The notes: generated by a model from the sequence alone, not told the origin. DNA of 64,000 nt from Candidatus Levybacteria bacterium RIFCSPLOWO2_02_FULL_37_18 (GCA_001784115.1 MFPD01000005.1:7074-71073), one strand, 5' to 3'; positions 20,101 to 28,710 are shown, counted from the first letter of the stretch. A program made the numbers and translations.

Positions 20101-21558
20101 TAACAGATCAACAGTAGTATTGATTTGGTAAATTGCTCCATTTGACTGAGTCCACCAATTGATACCTCCGGATGTTGAGCCAAGCTGTGTCCAGGAGGAG
20201 CCGTTGCAATAATAGTATTGGGTCATAGGCCCGTCATAATAGAATCTTCCGGCTGTAGAAGAAGAGCAAGTGCCGGCGTCAGATTGAATACTCGGAGCCA
20301 GAGAAAGAGTGGCAGAAATACTGGCTGATCCGGCGATGTCTAATTTAAAACTGGAATCTGCGGTTGATTTTCCTAAAGCCAGGTTGTCGGTTGAAGTGGT
20401 TAAGGCAACGGAAGTTCCATTGTCTGTAAATCCTGAAATATTTAAATCAGAACTGCTGGGAGTAAAGGTGAGTTTGTTATTGGAAGTATCAATTGCAATA
20501 GCCAAACCTGATCCTGCTGCAAACGTAATGGTGTCTTTTGAATTGCCTGCATCAAAACTTGAGGAGCCTACAGTAATGGTTTTAAATACTTTTAAAGAAG
20601 AGCCGGTATCGGCGTTGGTAATTTTTAATCCATCAACGGTGATTCCATCTCCTGCCTCAAGTTTTAAGTCTCCTGTTTTGCTGCCTAACGAGATTACTCC
20701 GGTATTAGTGATTTTAGGACTTTGTCCGGAAGAGATTGAGACGCCAGTGCCTGCAGTTAGACTGTAGATAATGTTACCCGCAGTGAGTTTGCCTGAACCC
20801 AGATTTATATCTTTGTTGTCAGTTGAAATATTGCTGTTAAACTTTGCTTCGCCTTCAACTGTGAGAGTGTCGGCTAAAACAGAAGGCACATTAACTTTGA
20901 AGGTGATATTTTTAGGAATATCGGTCGCAGCCAGGACCCCGCTTTTACGTTCCAAGGCCTGGTCTTGCGAGGCTAGACCAGGGTGAGATAGTTCGGGCAG
21001 CCCTACTTCCAAAACTCCGGCTCGGTTGAGTGCGCCAACAAGCGAGGTGGAAAAGAGGAGCACAGCAAAGCCCATGATTATTCTTTTCTGAATAACTGTC
21101 AACGCTATGTCATTGCGAGGAATCTTTATTATCGAATCAAGTGTGTTTGCAGTGAAAAGAGAAGATTTTTTGGCGAGATTTGATATGGTTTGATATTCTT
21201 TGGATATTCTTGGATAGAGATTTTTGAGAATCTGATGAATGTCATTTTTAACTTGTTTGAGAAACTTACTTCTTGATTCATTTCGTTCACTCGAAGAAGA
21301 ACTAGTGGTGATCTCTTGAGATTGCTTCACCCCTTCGGGGTTCGCAATTACAAGAGAGGGAGATGTAGTGACAGTTGTCCCCCCCCCCAAGCTATAAACA
21401 CCTGTGAACTCCTGTACTTGTTTTAATGAATACCGTCTTTGGTTTCCGGGAGTTCTCCTGGGTGTTAATACTCCGTTTTTATCATACCGCCTTAGCGTGG
21501 TAATGGATACCCGAAGTAATTTGGCAGCCTCTTGAATAGTTAGTAATGTGTCGTCCAT
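14191..21558 (-). CDS. Giant (2455 aa) membrane-anchored fibre/adhesin with N-terminal MerR/excisionase-type HTH
   Basis: LLTIQEAAKLLRVSITTLRRYD..G..TP.RTPGNQRRY, TM near aa 160-178, GNVGIG/LTIGG.TTG repeats, Gly-rich tract, DFAEYF...VGRALE module, ...NWWIVN end. Confidence 0.85.
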   Translation of the reverse strand: MDDTLLTIQEAAKLLRVSITTLRRYDKNGVLTPRRTPGNQRRYSLKQVQEFTGVYSLGGGTTVTTSPSLVIANPEGVKQSQEITTSSSSSERNESRSKFLKQVKNDIHQILKNLYPRISKEYQTISNLAKKSSLFTANTLDSIIKIPRNDIALTVIQKRIIMGFAVLLFSTSLVGALNRAGVLEVGLPELSHPGLASQDQALERKSGVLAATDIPKNITFKVNVPSVLADTLTVEGEAKFNSNISTDNKDINLGSGKLTAGNIIYSLTAGTGVSISSGQSPKITNTGVISLGSKTGDLKLEAGDGITVDGLKITNADTGSSLKVFKTITVGSSSFDAGNSKDTITFAAGSGLAIAIDTSNNKLTFTPSSSDLNISGFTDNGTSVALTTSTDNLALGKSTADSSFKLDIAGSASISATLSLAPSIQSDAGTCSSSTAGRFYYDGPMTQYYYCNGSSWTQLGSTSGGINWWTQSNGAIYQINTTVDLLIGGTSSSSAKFAFINVNSGTPTASVSGDLTLNAAGNIQTTKNQTLTIGGGSTGNILLAPANGTSASFVAPSTNNAVDLGSSALMWRNLYLNGNLISGPSGTVGFWQIGSGSLFTTQTTADLLLGSNATSSSKFAVLNLNGTGTPTASVSAQNASGQALVLSGDGSIQSVRNNTLTIGGSTTGNITLSPLNGSGTVLNTGTMNLSTGKTYQINATDVLSATTLGTAVVSSSLTSVGTISTGVWQGSVISPTYGGGVFDITSGALNQRNNTLDLLIGGTSSSSAQFHVYGVAQSGTQPAASVSANTSFAGFQIDNRGVGPLFTASSSGVPQFVIRNNGNVGIGNVPLPTAMLDVAGTASISSSLNFRNGTGTIQTTQMNTLTIGGTTTGTINIGNDATQRNITIGNSTSATALNFTSGTGAQTFTSSNATGTTTSGSWVFTGNSLTSGTGIYESSSSLTTGKLAQLSTGSSNTLTTGTLLDIRSTATSLTGTAGVGTFVNIDWSPGSSTTATGDLFALNIGSNGTTTGNLFNILDSGSSIFAISETGITTSLPLSETAPGDVSLAYDLVFTNPTSNFIKSQAPLYIQAGEVFNSTDLTLAAYNKGSVIVSAESFVINKAATIAAQLVVGGNGAYPPANIGTFYLTSGVNEAGGVLGKALAIFNQTESTDIFTASASGTTRLVLTNAGNLGIQTGVPTAALDVAGAASVSSSLNFRTGASSIQTTANNTLTIGGSTTGDILFNPSNAGAAGVVRPNTTNVTDLGTSSVQFRNIYGQTIYSNGSQLLNLWNQASGTLSPSIVTQDLLIGGTSTSAATFHMYGSAQSGTQPVASISARTSWAAFQIDNTTGDLLTASSSGVTQLRLTNNGALLANNYFAGINNNTNVRATGSTSGDGNNSGIYFQNSTGTNVGRIDTTEADPPSGINSDGALSVSGSTTINSTATTGATSGTVSSGQKAVTVASTTGLTANDIVLIMQMKHGTTANVGLYDKKYISSVDSATQITVDSNLDNTYTQTTVNRCNSSDTACFQVVRVPQYSSVTVTGTGTLTAPAWSTSTGVGGILWFETNGTVTINPGGTVTMAGKGYTGGSGGAGGAGGTTECGGSRTAGSGTAGSSGNGPASGGGGGVATNAGGIDGGSGGGCGLGGSGAGGTAGMGAGGGNATAGTDGGAGSAVNGGNSPAVAGGTGAIGSAGSAASAIGTPTITLRIVMGSGGGGGGGGAGGGKGYASSTGGAGGTGGAGGAGGGIIVINTSGTISNSGTVTVGGNAGSDGGAGDGGVNQGGGGAGAAPGGGGAGGTAWLNGGTVTAGTVTVTGGSANTTVGAGGNGGSCVTYSYGGGGGAGNPAGSGTTGCGNGNGSAGNTASVASGGGGGNGASDTSTTSALTGATGTTHGLLSIGAVALTSGQGTYSQTFTGTTTSPWSLTADSVSTANTMSLSVDGLTTGTGLDIASTATTGGASGNSKLINLSRSGANANASHTAYGLYSDVTNTGTTSTNVALYASASGATTNYAILAEGTNNATVSAFISNSSVNSDADVLALKVGTLTPTTTNYFVAFLTGNSSIAGKIRGNGTQNSVTYDTNGGDFAEYFRKTRNTTNSDGTLIDTNMSPGDLICLDEDGGAVKCSEKENQILGIFSDQAGFVGAGGHENDDNYVLVGLTGQLRVKVSTQSGTLKPRDFLTYSSTPGVAKKATKKGWVVGRALEDSEGKDRVNTLLGVSWYDPNIQFTGSGDLDIALSDTFSVTASNSAHLRGEVPAEAHLGGVSAPRNDISSMLVRLASLEEKVASLTAIQNTRNTQISSESGSLNIRSSDISDLLSRSEFSESATLSGTLTVLGRTLLSNVGITGTVQAGLLSIDGLNANISTLTGPLTLNTLAIDTNGNLFTKGIITTVKIQIDTSDALSASAGIATISAGLTSVQIKTTALTPNSLIFATPDTTPAAVSTQKINTNTFEIRIPEALEEKLKVNWWIVN
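21379..21388 (-). repeat. G10 homopolymer in coding strand just after the HTH
   Basis: TTG GGG GGG GGG ACA (LGGGT). Confidence 0.9.
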
Positions 21559-21675
21559 TGGGCAGGATTGAACCTATTTGGATAGATCTGTATAGGTTTA
21601 CTATTAAACTATGAAGACTTTTCACAGACTTGTCAAGAGGCAAATAATCTTATCATAAACTTATCAGGAGATTAA

Positions 21676-24600
21676 TTAATTTACTATTAACCAATTAAAG
21701 GGAATATCAGTTTTGGGTTGGTTGTTTACTCCCACAGTAAATGATTCATTTGGTACTTGGCGAAGGAGATACAAAACTTCATTATTTGTGTTGCCGTTTG
21801 GCGTGATATAAATAAGTGATTTTTCCGTCACCAAACTATTTCTAATGGTGAGTTCGGATTGGTATGCACTTATGGTAGCAATTCCTGCAGAGCCTGTGGC
21901 AATGATTTCCGAACTTGACAGAGCTAAAGCTTTACTGATCGGGCTTAGATTAAGCTTAGAAAATGTGCCGGAGCCTGAGGCTACTACATTTCCTTGTTCA
22001 CTCACTGCAAAAACAGCAGAGCCGGAAGCATTGGTAACAGTAAGCGTTTTTTCAAATGTAGCATTGCCTTTTACTTGCATATTTCCTTCGATATCAAACG
22101 TAATTAATCCGCCAAGGAAGTTAATACCTCCTTGTCTTAGCGGTTGGATTTCCAGACTGCTATCTAGCACATTAATAGAGTTATCTGTTAAAACAAGGCC
22201 GGTATTTGGGCTGCCGATACTAACAGTTCCTGTAAACGAGGCATCGGTAAAGGTGGAGGGACCGAGAGAAATAAAGCCATAATTAAACTTCGGAAAACTC
22301 AGAATACTCGGAGAATCAGATGAATTCAGATTTTTCAGATAATCAGATACGCTAAGGTTGTCTGCAATAATTGTTCCGGCGCGTAGAACTCCTCCAATGC
22401 TTGCATTACCACTATTGTTAAATTGTTCTATTGTTAAATTGTTAAATTGTCCAGATTGAGCTGTAAGTTGGCCTGAGAACGAGGCGTTGCCTGTACTATC
22501 TATAGTAGCAACAGCGCTGCCGGAGGCGTTTTGGACCTCCACGATAATGTCATTGCGAGGAGACACGTCTGACGTGTTCGACGAAGCAATCCCTTGAGAT
22601 TGCTTCGCTCCGCTCGCAATGACGAGTCTTCCGTTCACCACTACCGAATCAGAAGACAAGGGAGAAATGGTATCGGTATGGATTTGGTCAACGTAAGCAA
22701 TGGGAGAAACAACCTTAGTATCTAGTATTAAGTATTTAGTATTTAGTATATTCGTATTAAGCGTATCAATAGTTCCATTGGCAGCAGTGAGTGTTTGAGT
22801 TGCGAGCTCGGAAGTTTTGATAGAGCCTTCTACTGCGAGTTCTTTGGCATGAATGTAGCCGGCTTCTAGATTTGCAATAACAGCCTTACTAAAAGTTCCA
22901 ATACGATTTATAAGTTGGTCTGTTGCCTTGTTGTTTAAAGAAAATGATATGGTTTGGTCCTGTTGTGTTATAGTTTGGGGAACAGAACCAAATGTCGGAT
23001 CAAGATCAATCGAGAGATTACCGGTGTCAGTAAGATAAACATCGGGGTCGTGAAATGAAGGCTGGAGGATCGTGTTCACGATGCAGATATTATTGTCATT
23101 GTGAGGAGTACCGAGCTTGTCGAAGGATGACGAAGCAATTCCATCTGAAGTAGATTGCTTCACTTCGTTCGCAATGACAGAACAAGAAGGTTCTGAAAGG
23201 GCTCGGCCCACCACTCTTCCTGCCCGGGTTGCTTTCATGGCAACTCCAGGAACAGAACTGTTAGTAAGATAGTCTCCGGGTTTTATGTCTCCGCTCTCGG
23301 TCGAAACTTTTAAAGGCAACTGGCCAAGGAGGCCGACTAAAACATAGTTTGGGTCATTGTCATGGTCGCTTCCGCCGACAAAACCGGCTCTGTCTGAGAC
23401 AATTCCGAGGATATTATTGTTTGTTTGATCACACTTACCAACACCGCCGTCTTCTGCCAGACAGACAAGGTCACCGGGTTCAAAAGATTGCTTCGTCCTC
23501 CACGCTTCGCTCTGAGTCCTCGCAATGACATTACTTTTTCTAAAGTATTCTGCAAAGTCAACGCCGGTTGTGGAGTATTTGACTCCCCCTCCAAAACTTT
23601 GGATTTTTCCCTGAATCTGGCCGTTTCCATCCAGAAACGTAGTAAAATAATTTGTGTTTGATCCTGTTGTAAAACCTAATTTTAAAGCCAAGGCAACAGA
23701 ATTAGCACCTGTATCGGTATTTTCAATCATGGCTACTGCAGTTGCAGATTGACTATCGGAAACATGCAGTTTATAGGCAGGATTTGTGGTACCAATTCCA
23801 ACATTGCCGGTTGTACCCGAGACTAAAAATTTAGCAGCAGCAGTTGAATTTCCGCCAACCAGCAGATCATCAGTTATATTTGTCGGCGCAACTGTTCCAA
23901 GTGATCGTAAAAACGGCGGAGTCTGCCAGGTTGGAACACCGCCTAAGACAGTCAAAACTTGATTTGACGAGCCAATACTTCTTTTTGAAAGCGAAGTGGG
24001 ATTGGAAGATGCGGCATATAAAATATCGCCGGTTGAGTAGGTGGTTAGACCTGTTCCGCCATAATTTGCTTTTATTGATGTTGCCTGCCATGTGCCTGTT
24101 GAAATAGTTCCAACTTGTGTTAGAGAAGAATTTACAACAGCAGTTCCCAAAGTAGTTGCAGAGAGAACATCAGTTGCGTTAATTTGATAGGTTTTGCCGG
24201 AAGACAAGTTCATTGTGCCGGTATTTAGCACAGTGCCCGAACCATTGAGAGGGGAAAGAGTAATATTTCCGGTTGTATTTCCGCCGATAGTTAGGCTATT
24301 ATTCCCTGTTGTTTGAATACTTCCTGCTCCGGTTCTAAAACTTAAAGAACCGGATACAGAGGCACTTCCTGCTATATCAAGAAATGCAGAAGGGGTAGAA
24401 GTGCCAAAACCAATATTTCCTCCTTGAGTAATAACAAGATAGGAATTGGGGTTTGGCGTTGTTCCATTTACGCCAATTTGCAAATTGCCGGAAGTTGTAG
24501 AAATAGAAACAGCATAATCGAGTGTTTGTCCGCAGCCATCAGTAGTTGTGCATTGAACATGCAAAGAAGAAGGACCTACATATAGACTTTTAAATCGGGC

Positions 24601-26985
24601 AGAAGAGGATGCGCCCAAGTCAGTAACATTATCGGTTTGCGGGCCAAAATAGCCTGTGGCTTGAGAGTTTTTGGGATTGACAAGAATATTGCCGGTATTT
24701 GTTCCGCCAAGTGTGAGCGTTTGGTTATTGGTAGTTTGAATAAGGCCAGATACGTTATCAAAGGTAAAGTTGCCTTTGGAAATAATATTGCCGGATAAAC
24801 CTTCGATTCTCAGTTTTGATGAGTCAGACGCGGTTCCTCCAAGTATAAGATCATCGGTTGAATTCAAAGGCGAAATTACCTGGCTGTTTCTTTGCCACCA
24901 GCCCTGGGTTCCGGAAATAAGAGTGGGAAATACATTTTGAGTATAAATATTTTTCCAAGAAGCAAGAGGAGAGCCGATAGTATAAAGTCCGGTGTCAACA
25001 GGCGTAATATTTCCTTTGATATCAAGCGCATTTTGGGGAGCTGCAGTACCAATGCCAACCCAGCCGTCGCTGTCAATAACAAACTTGGTTGCGCCTGAGC
25101 TTGAAGCGGTAATAAGATCACCGGAGCTATTATTATTCACAATAAAAGAGGCAACCGCTGATTCAGTCGCGTTGATAATTACTTTATCGTCTATTTCAAC
25201 TGCTCCAGGGTTAAATTCTCCATTCATGGAGCTATTTATAATTGGTTTTTGAATATCAACAGAGCCAAACCCGTCAGGAGAAAGCTCGATATTGCCATTT
25301 GAACCCGGCACCGTGTTGAGAATTACAGACTTTCCGGAAAGTGTGAAAGTGCCGCCTGTGGCTTGAAATGTGGGAGAAGCATTTTGTCCGATGACTAAAT
25401 TTCCCGATGAGTTAAGAGACAGAACAACATTTTTTGCATCACCTTGGGTAATGGGCGAAAGTCCATCAAGAGTAAGAGCGTTTTGAGAGAATTGGGTGGT
25501 TGGGATTTGCTGACGGGGAGATAATTCTTCATCCGAGCCGACCTGAATGCCTAAAAAAAGCTTTTCGTTTTCAGAAAAAATAGATTCGGAAAGAGGGTTA
25601 TTTATTCCAAGTACAACAGAAAATGTTCCGTCAGAATTGGGACTTATGGTATGAACTTCTTTCCAAATTAAAGAATTTGAGAAATTGGTTGGGTGATTAT
25701 ACAAAGAAAAAGTTACATCTTTTGGGGAATTGATTGGATTATTGAGCCGATCCAGGAGTTTGCCTGTAAAAAAAAGAGTTTTTGGAGAAATATGAGTAGA
25801 AAGAATGGCTTTTGGCGGCGAATGTAAAAAATCAGTCTTATCGAAAAAGAATAATGTGCCACTCGTAACAATAATTATTAAAATGGAAAAATGAATATAG
25901 CTTGAAATTGGTGAAGCATGATATTGTTTGTACCATTTTGGTCTTTTGTGTTTGAGAAAAACAATTAATTTTTTATGGAAAGGAAGATAAGAAGTAGAGA
26001 TGGGCGCGTAAAAACTTTTGGGAATATTAGGAATATATGAAGATGATTGTTTTTGAAACAGTTTTAGAAAAGAGCTTTGTTTTTTTGCTTGATTGGCTTT
26101 TGCGAATTTTATTTTTTTTCTTAAAAAAAGAGATTCTGTCTGATTCACTAAAGCAGCCAGAGGAATGATAAAAAGATATTCCAGTATATAGTTTGATGCT
26201 TTAAGTAGTTTTTGGAATAGGCGGATGGGAGGGAAGCGAGAAAATAAATTGTCATTGCGAGGGTTTGAAAAACCCGAAGCAATCTCGAGATTGCTTCTCT
26301 CACTTTGTTCGCTCGCAATGACAGTGGGTTTATATTTTACATTCGATTCTAGGTCATCTACAGGTTTGATTATGCCTTCTTTTTCTATCCAGGCAAGATA
26401 TTTTCTTAGTGATGAGAGTTTTCTGTTGATAGATTTTGGAGCAAGCTTGGCTTCGTGAAGCAGTCTGTATTTGTATTCGTTAAAAAGAGAAGAGTCAATT
26501 TTTCTTAAGACATCTTGTTCTTTTAGGTTCCATGCATGGATTGCGCCGGTTACACGCTCTGCCCATTTTAAAAACTGGAGCACATCGTTAGTATAGTTTT
26601 TTATAGTAAGATTTGATGCGTTATAGACATACAAGTAGTTTTTAAATTCTTTTATGTGCCATATGTCTTCCTTTTTTGGAGAGGCGGGTAGAGATTTGTT
26701 AAAAGGATCTTTTAGAACAAGTCCTTCTAGTTTTAAGAAGCGAAAAAAGCTTCTCAAGGAAGACATATGTCTTTTAACTGTTTTAGGCGAAAGAGAAGTT
26801 TTTTCTTTTTTATAGATTTCGATAATGTGAGGAGTTATTTCCGGGGGGTTGAAGGTTTTATGAAAGGACTCTTGAAACCAACGGATAAACTGTCCTACAT
26901 CTGCCTTATAGTTTTTGACAGTTATTTTTGAAGGCTGTTTTTTCTGAGACTTCAAGAAAAGAATAAACGGTTGTAATAGATTCAT
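21676..26985 (-). CDS. Giant (1769 aa) membrane-anchored fibre/adhesin with two N-terminal phage-integrase SAM-like (core-binding) domains
   Basis: TVKNYKADVGQF...SPKTVKRHMSSLRSFFRFL and TIKNYTNDVLQF...APKSINRKLSSLRKYLAW, no catalytic domain; TM near aa 362-381; GNVGIGTTNP repeats; DFAEYF...VGRAL module; ...FNWLIVN end. Confidence 0.85.
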   Translation of the reverse strand: MNLLQPFILFLKSQKKQPSKITVKNYKADVGQFIRWFQESFHKTFNPPEITPHIIEIYKKEKTSLSPKTVKRHMSSLRSFFRFLKLEGLVLKDPFNKSLPASPKKEDIWHIKEFKNYLYVYNASNLTIKNYTNDVLQFLKWAERVTGAIHAWNLKEQDVLRKIDSSLFNEYKYRLLHEAKLAPKSINRKLSSLRKYLAWIEKEGIIKPVDDLESNVKYKPTVIASEQSERSNLEIASGFSNPRNDNLFSRFPPIRLFQKLLKASNYILEYLFIIPLAALVNQTESLFLRKKIKFAKANQAKKQSSFLKLFQKQSSSYIPNIPKSFYAPISTSYLPFHKKLIVFLKHKRPKWYKQYHASPISSYIHFSILIIIVTSGTLFFFDKTDFLHSPPKAILSTHISPKTLFFTGKLLDRLNNPINSPKDVTFSLYNHPTNFSNSLIWKEVHTISPNSDGTFSVVLGINNPLSESIFSENEKLFLGIQVGSDEELSPRQQIPTTQFSQNALTLDGLSPITQGDAKNVVLSLNSSGNLVIGQNASPTFQATGGTFTLSGKSVILNTVPGSNGNIELSPDGFGSVDIQKPIINSSMNGEFNPGAVEIDDKVIINATESAVASFIVNNNSSGDLITASSSGATKFVIDSDGWVGIGTAAPQNALDIKGNITPVDTGLYTIGSPLASWKNIYTQNVFPTLISGTQGWWQRNSQVISPLNSTDDLILGGTASDSSKLRIEGLSGNIISKGNFTFDNVSGLIQTTNNQTLTLGGTNTGNILVNPKNSQATGYFGPQTDNVTDLGASSSARFKSLYVGPSSLHVQCTTTDGCGQTLDYAVSISTTSGNLQIGVNGTTPNPNSYLVITQGGNIGFGTSTPSAFLDIAGSASVSGSLSFRTGAGSIQTTGNNSLTIGGNTTGNITLSPLNGSGTVLNTGTMNLSSGKTYQINATDVLSATTLGTAVVNSSLTQVGTISTGTWQATSIKANYGGTGLTTYSTGDILYAASSNPTSLSKRSIGSSNQVLTVLGGVPTWQTPPFLRSLGTVAPTNITDDLLVGGNSTAAAKFLVSGTTGNVGIGTTNPAYKLHVSDSQSATAVAMIENTDTGANSVALALKLGFTTGSNTNYFTTFLDGNGQIQGKIQSFGGGVKYSTTGVDFAEYFRKSNVIARTQSEAWRTKQSFEPGDLVCLAEDGGVGKCDQTNNNILGIVSDRAGFVGGSDHDNDPNYVLVGLLGQLPLKVSTESGDIKPGDYLTNSSVPGVAMKATRAGRVVGRALSEPSCSVIANEVKQSTSDGIASSSFDKLGTPHNDNNICIVNTILQPSFHDPDVYLTDTGNLSIDLDPTFGSVPQTITQQDQTISFSLNNKATDQLINRIGTFSKAVIANLEAGYIHAKELAVEGSIKTSELATQTLTAANGTIDTLNTNILNTKYLILDTKVVSPIAYVDQIHTDTISPLSSDSVVVNGRLVIASGAKQSQGIASSNTSDVSPRNDIIVEVQNASGSAVATIDSTGNASFSGQLTAQSGQFNNLTIEQFNNSGNASIGGVLRAGTIIADNLSVSDYLKNLNSSDSPSILSFPKFNYGFISLGPSTFTDASFTGTVSIGSPNTGLVLTDNSINVLDSSLEIQPLRQGGINFLGGLITFDIEGNMQVKGNATFEKTLTVTNASGSAVFAVSEQGNVVASGSGTFSKLNLSPISKALALSSSEIIATGSAGIATISAYQSELTIRNSLVTEKSLIYITPNGNTNNEVLYLLRQVPNESFTVGVNNQPKTDIPFNWLIVN

Positions 26986-27104
26986 GTTTGTATAATCAAT
27001 GTCTTTTACTTTTGTCTCGGTAGAAGAGTTGTTTTTGTTGGGCCTCGAGATTATACGAATTATACGGGTGTTTAATGATAGAAATTAATAAACTGTCATT
27101 ATTA

Positions 27105-27133
27105 AGAGTAGACTTTATATATCAAATTGTCAA
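27105..27133 (-). promoter_or_regulatory. Sigma70-type promoter upstream of the 1769-aa gene
   Basis: TTGACA (27133-27128), 17 bp, TACTCT (27110-27105). Confidence 0.55.
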
Positions 27134-27579
27134 TAACCTAGAGTAAGCTAAAATTGATATAATTTTATATCTTAATATATGGTAAAAATTTTCATATTTT
27201 TATATTCCGGAGTTTTTAGCTTTGTTACGTCTTTAATTATCTTCACAAATTTCAAGTTCGGTTTTTATTCCGAATATTTTCTTATTTTTTAACTATATAC
27301 AAATATAGCATAAGAATGAATGTGGAGAAGAGTTCTAATTTTATTTTTTGATGACTATGTCCTATAGCTAGTATTACGCATAATAAAATTATATGCTATT
27401 TTAGCAATCGAAGATAAAAAGTGCCACACTATTTTTATGAGGAGATTTGGTTATAGATGTAATAAAAATGCAGGAAAATGCTTCATATTATTTTTCATAA
27501 GACACGCTCAAATTGCTTAGAATCTAAGGCTGTTTAGGATAAAAAACAAAACTAATTATACGGCTAAATAGTACATCAC

Positions 27580-27708
27580 ACGAATTTCGCAGTTGTCATT
27601 GCGAGCGACCAAGTCAGACTTGGGAAGCGTGGCAATCTCATTGATGGGAGATTGCTTCGTCCTCCACGCTTCGCTCTGAGTCCTCGCAATGACAACTGCG
27701 AAATTCGT
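27580..27708. repeat. Complete 129-bp palindromic element with 26-bp terminal inverted repeats
   Basis: acgaatttcgcagttgtcattgcgag ... ctcgcaatgacaactgcgaaattcgt, internal gcaatctc/gagattgc. Confidence 0.9.
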
Positions 27709-27754
27709 AATTAGGTTGAGAAGTGGGATGGAGGATGGGGGAATGAGGGCAGTT

Positions 27755-28705
27755 TTATTGATGTTTTTTGATCCTTTTTATAACAAAAAGAATCAGAATA
27801 AAAATACCAACAATTTCTCCGGTTTCTTTTAAAGGCAAGACAACGAATTGGACGCTTCGGGTAAATGTAGGGCCATGTTTGGACAAGGCAAGGGTAAGAC
27901 GCGCCGTATACGGTCCCAGGAGAAAGCCGTTTTGCCAAGACAATTTTGTCAGGTCACCCTCTGTGACTAAAAGTTTTTCCGAGTCTATGAGAATAGGTGA
28001 TTGTTTGATTCCTATTGCTCCAACTGTTTGAGAAAACATATTTTTGATCGTGATTATACCTTGAGGAAGTATCGCGTGACTGCCCGTGTTTCTAACTCTG
28101 AGCGTAAACGGAATCGGGCCTTTCTGAGAGAAGAAAGGACCGGAAAACTCTTCTATGGTGCCTTTCGGAGAAGAAGAAATGTTTTGAATTGAAAGTAGTA
28201 TATGGCTTGCAATTATTACTTGTGCTTTTGTAATAGTTTCTTTTTTCTCAAAAGTACTCGGTTCTGGATTAGATATAAAAAGAATAGAAAAATAATAGTC
28301 TGATTCTGTTTGTTCGGTAGGAATGTGGAGGGAAAAGGTAAGCGTTTTCTTTTGAAACGGTCCGAGTAATATCTTGTTGGTTGGCTCGTCGTCTTCTAAA
28401 ATGGTAACTTTTTTTAGAATATCCGGGTCTGGCTTTTTGTCAAAGTTCTCAAGATAGGATACATTTCCTTGACTGTCTTTGGCCCGAAATGGTTTGAGAA
28501 GAATTTCAAATTCCATTGGCTGCTCGGTACGGTTTTCTATACTAAGAGGCGTTTTGATAGTGTTGGGTGCTTTGGTTTGAATGGTAATAGAAGGCGGAGA
28601 AACTCTGAGCGATACCGAAGTTGCATATGCCTTGTTTAAAGGCAAAAGTGACATCCATGTCATTCCGAGCAAAGCGAAGAATCTTTTTAAATTTAAATTT
28701 TTCAT
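27755..28705 (-). CDS. Secreted, C-terminally anchored two-Ig-domain protein (DUF916/DUF3324-like)
   Basis: Signal peptide (AYA), LRVSPP, FTLRVRNTG.HAI.PQG.ITIKNMF, GPYTARLTL, C-terminal TM + KRIKK. Confidence 0.6.
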   Translation of the reverse strand: MKNLNLKRFFALLGMTWMSLLPLNKAYATSVSLRVSPPSITIQTKAPNTIKTPLSIENRTEQPMEFEILLKPFRAKDSQGNVSYLENFDKKPDPDILKKVTILEDDEPTNKILLGPFQKKTLTFSLHIPTEQTESDYYFSILFISNPEPSTFEKKETITKAQVIIASHILLSIQNISSSPKGTIEEFSGPFFSQKGPIPFTLRVRNTGSHAILPQGIITIKNMFSQTVGAIGIKQSPILIDSEKLLVTEGDLTKLSWQNGFLLGPYTARLTLALSKHGPTFTRSVQFVVLPLKETGEIVGIFILILFVIKRIKKHQ

Positions 28706-28710
28706 AAATC

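Noticed and set aside
14243-22282. Plus-strand Pro/Val-rich ORFs (e.g. 16499-17008, 19481-19975)
   Set aside because: Antisense shadows of Gly/Thr-rich fibre genes
19370-24300. DGR template/variable repeat pair
   Set aside because: Both copies are coding, differences are mostly synonymous and not adenine-specific, and there is no reverse transcriptase in the window
14191-26985. Prophage (integrase, excisionase, tail fibres)
   Set aside because: No catalytic integrase, capsid, terminase or portal genes; the domains are fused to TM-anchored proteins
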